A stretch of 64,000 bases of DNA from Eledone cirrhosa (Eukaryota). The notes below the pieces were generated by a model. That model saw nothing but the letters and a program-made list of their open reading frames with translations. It was not told where the DNA came from and did no database searches. Position 1 is the stretch's first letter. Each line of letters opens with the position of its first letter. The stretch is taken from the NCBI GenBank assembly GCA_964016885.1, contig OZ024743.1:318556001-318620000 (forward strand), read 5' to 3'. Both the position numbers and the translations under genes were made by a program. Below are positions 61,314 through 64,000 of the stretch, in pieces.

Positions 61314-62180
61314 TCATCATCATCATTTTATGTCCACTGTTCAATACTCATCACATTCCTTTATCATCTCTGTGAGCTTCAGCAATTTGAGATCAGCTTT
61401 CACTACTTCTGGCCAGGTCTTTCTTGATCTTCCTGTACTGTGGCTTCCTTCCAATGGTATTTCTTGACACTTCTTCAGCCAGCAGTCAGCATCCATGAGC
61501 ATCACATACCAGTGAAGTCTTCTCCCTTGCAAACTATATCTGATTCCTCTTATACCCATTTTTTCTCTCAGTTCATCCATGCTTTGTCAATCACGCACAT
61601 GAACAATACAAAGCATGCTTGCTTCATTTCTCTCCAGCTTTCAAATGTCCTCTGAGTCACTGCCCATGTCTCACTACTATGCAGCATTGCAATTCTCATA
61701 CAGACATCATACAGTTAATCTTTCATTCATAGGGAGAGACCTTTGTTGTCAACAGAGGAAATAGCTCTCTAAGCTTCTTCTAGCTACTATGCTCTCGAAG
61801 CACTCTTTTCCACTGCTAACCATATCATCTAGATAGTAGAAGCTGTCAACGACTTCTATGGGTCTTACCTGGGATTGGAAAAAGTTTATATCACTGGCAC
61901 TCTTACTATGAATTATCCCTGAACCTCTACAAAGTCTTTCTTTCCTGTTAGTCTGTCTTCTTTCGTCCTACACCTCTTGTGTATCTATATTGTTTACACC
62001 ATATAAAATTTATGCATACTCCTTTTCTATTTATTGAACAAGGATGGGATCAGGGCCTTGTCTTCTTTCCTGCTTATTAACACTTTGTTTTTTTGCTAAA
62101 TTTACTCTCATCTCTTTTGATTTTAAGTTCTGTTTCCACTGCTGGAATTTATTTTCTAGTTCTGACACAGATTCATCTCT
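61310..62180 (-). mobile_element. Old RTE fragment
   Basis: ELENKFQQWKQNL..RVNLAK and RLHWY..GRSRKTW. (CAT)n tail at ~61311. Confidence 0.75.
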
Positions 62181-62549
62181 GGTAGACATATCACCAACAT
62201 CCCTCGAATATCTATACAAACAAATATATAAGCGAACATATAAATATATATTTATATATATATATACATATGTATGTATATATGTATATATACATGTCAC
62301 ATGGTTTGGCAATGCAGTCCAAAAATCATCAGAGGAGTTTGAGTTATTGCTGTTATAGAAGCGATAAGAAAATTTACCCAAACTACCCGCAGATTAAAGA
62401 AGGTAAGGAAAACTCTATTATTTTAAAATAACAAAACGAACCAATACTATAAGCATTAGAAATAGATTCATACATTCTGTCAAAGAATAGTAATATTAAT
62501 AACAAAATGAAAAGCATTAAAATGAATGTGTATTATTATTAATAATAAT

Positions 62550-63200
62550 GATTTCTAGTATAGGCACAAGGCCAGTAATTTAGGGGGAGGAGAAAGTCGA
62601 TTAAATCGACCCCAGTGCGTGACTGGTACTTTATTTTATCGAGCCCGAAGGATGAAATGCAAAGCTAACCTTGGCGAAATTTGAACCATAAAGGGCCATA
62701 ACTCTATGTCACGAAGCATGTTGTCTGACTCTCTACCGATACTTCCAATCCACCAGTATCGGTAGAGGGTTGGACGCCTTGCTTTCTAGCATAGTTACAT
62801 CCCTTTACAGTCTGAGTTCAAATCCCGCTGAGGTTAACTTTGCCTTTCATCCTTATGGGGTCGATAAAATACAGTACCAGTAATGTACTGGGTGATTGCT
62901 GGCCTTGTGCCTAAAATAGAAACAATTATTAATCACAACAACAACAATAAAAATAGTAAAATAATGACAATAAGAAAAACAACAACAACAATAAAATATA
63001 TAATTATTGATAATAATTGTTTCTATTTTAGGCACAAGGCCAGCAAATACCCAGTACATTACTGGTACTTTATTTTATCGACCCCATAAGGATGAAAGGC
63101 AAAGTTAACCTCGGCGGGATTTGAACTCAGATCATAAAGGGACGTAACTCTATGCTTCAAAGCATGGTGTCCGACTCTCTACCGATACTGCCAATCCACT
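62550..63200. mobile_element. Three Meta-domain-like tRNA SINEs in -/+/- orientation
   Basis: Core gttcaaatcccgc..gcctttcatccttatggggtcgataaaat..agtaccag. ~62755-62925 and ~63015-63190 form an inverted pair. Confidence 0.82.
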
Positions 63201-63571
63201 GCATAATTATTGATAATAATAATTGTAATTAATGATGTCTGTTTTCTTTGGAGTTTTACCAACAATGTTGGCTTATCAAAACAGTCAGTTAATTAACCAA
63301 CAACGCTGGTGTGAAACTTGGAAGTAAACAGTCACCAATGATAACAATTATTATATTGACTCTGTATCTTGTATACTTGAAGGGGGTTCTCTTCTCTGAA
63401 GACCTTCTGCTGCCCAGCTCTCCTCACAGTTTCTTACCATTTATCACTGTATATGAGTCTTTTAATTCAGTGAATGGTTAGTGTGTTTATCAAATAAACC
63501 CATAAAACAAGTATATATATATAGAATGGAAAACGAAAAATCAGTGATGCATCGGAACTCAATTTATTGTG

Positions 63572-63657
63572 TGTTACAATTGTTTCCCCGGTGAACAGCT
63601 CGAGGTGCGATCTGTGTGTGGATCGACCTGACTCTAGACTCGCAGGTTCCTCGGACA
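63572..63657 (-). ncRNA. Candidate hammerhead with CCGAGGA (U4C) core and long stem II
   Basis: Reverse complement tgt-CCGAGGA-a cctg...aggtcgatc/gatcgcacct...cggg-GAAA-caattg-TA-aca. Confidence 0.5.
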
Positions 63658-63863
63658 TGTCTATTGATTTCGGAGCATATCCTCTAGATATAGGAAAAGA
63701 GACAGGACCCTGACAGCTGAGCTCAGCTATCAGGGTTCTGACTCTTTTCCTATTACCCACTCTACTACCCTAAGTATCGAATACTCTGGCACGTTATGGT
63801 CCACCTGGTACCTTACCACACTTTCTTTGTTGTTTATATATATATGTATATATATGTGTATGC

Positions 63864-64000
63864 GTGGAGGCATGTGGCCTAGTGGTAAGAGTGTTGGACT
63901 TACGATCATAATGTCGTGGGCTCGATTCCTGGGTTGCGTGTTGTGTTCTTGAGCAAAACACTTCATTTCATGTTGCTCCAGTATACTCAGCTGGAAATGA
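63864..64000 (+). mobile_element. tRNA-derived SINE head (runs off the window)
   Basis: A box tggcctagtgg, B box gctcgattcc, core tgttcttgagcaaaacactt. Confidence 0.78.

Overview
Animal, AT-rich, repeat-saturated window with no recognisable host gene. The SINE and RTE types resemble those known from octopus/molluscs (inference). It is a nest of retroelements whose ends mostly sit in (TA)n microsatellites. It contains: (i) eight sizeable copies of three RTE-clade LINE families plus older fragments, with (GAT)n tails and a PHD-like zinc finger inside the RT; (ii) Penelope-like elements (PLEs), namely one young Neptune-type tandem plus inverted 11.6-kb insertion, three Hydra-like copies and one decayed copy; (iii) a non-autonomous Helitron, a hAT-type MITE and tRNA-derived SINEs. 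The main hidden signal is about 20 minimal type-I hammerhead ribozyme (HHR) motifs from about 11 unrelated sequence families. Several have variant cores (U3-A8, U4A, U4C). Many sit in non-coding, head-to-head palindromic mini-elements of 0.2-2.3 kb whose two arms end at two different, reproducible termini in (TA)n. All folds and alignments were done by eye. Element boundaries are approximate to a few bases unless stated otherwise.
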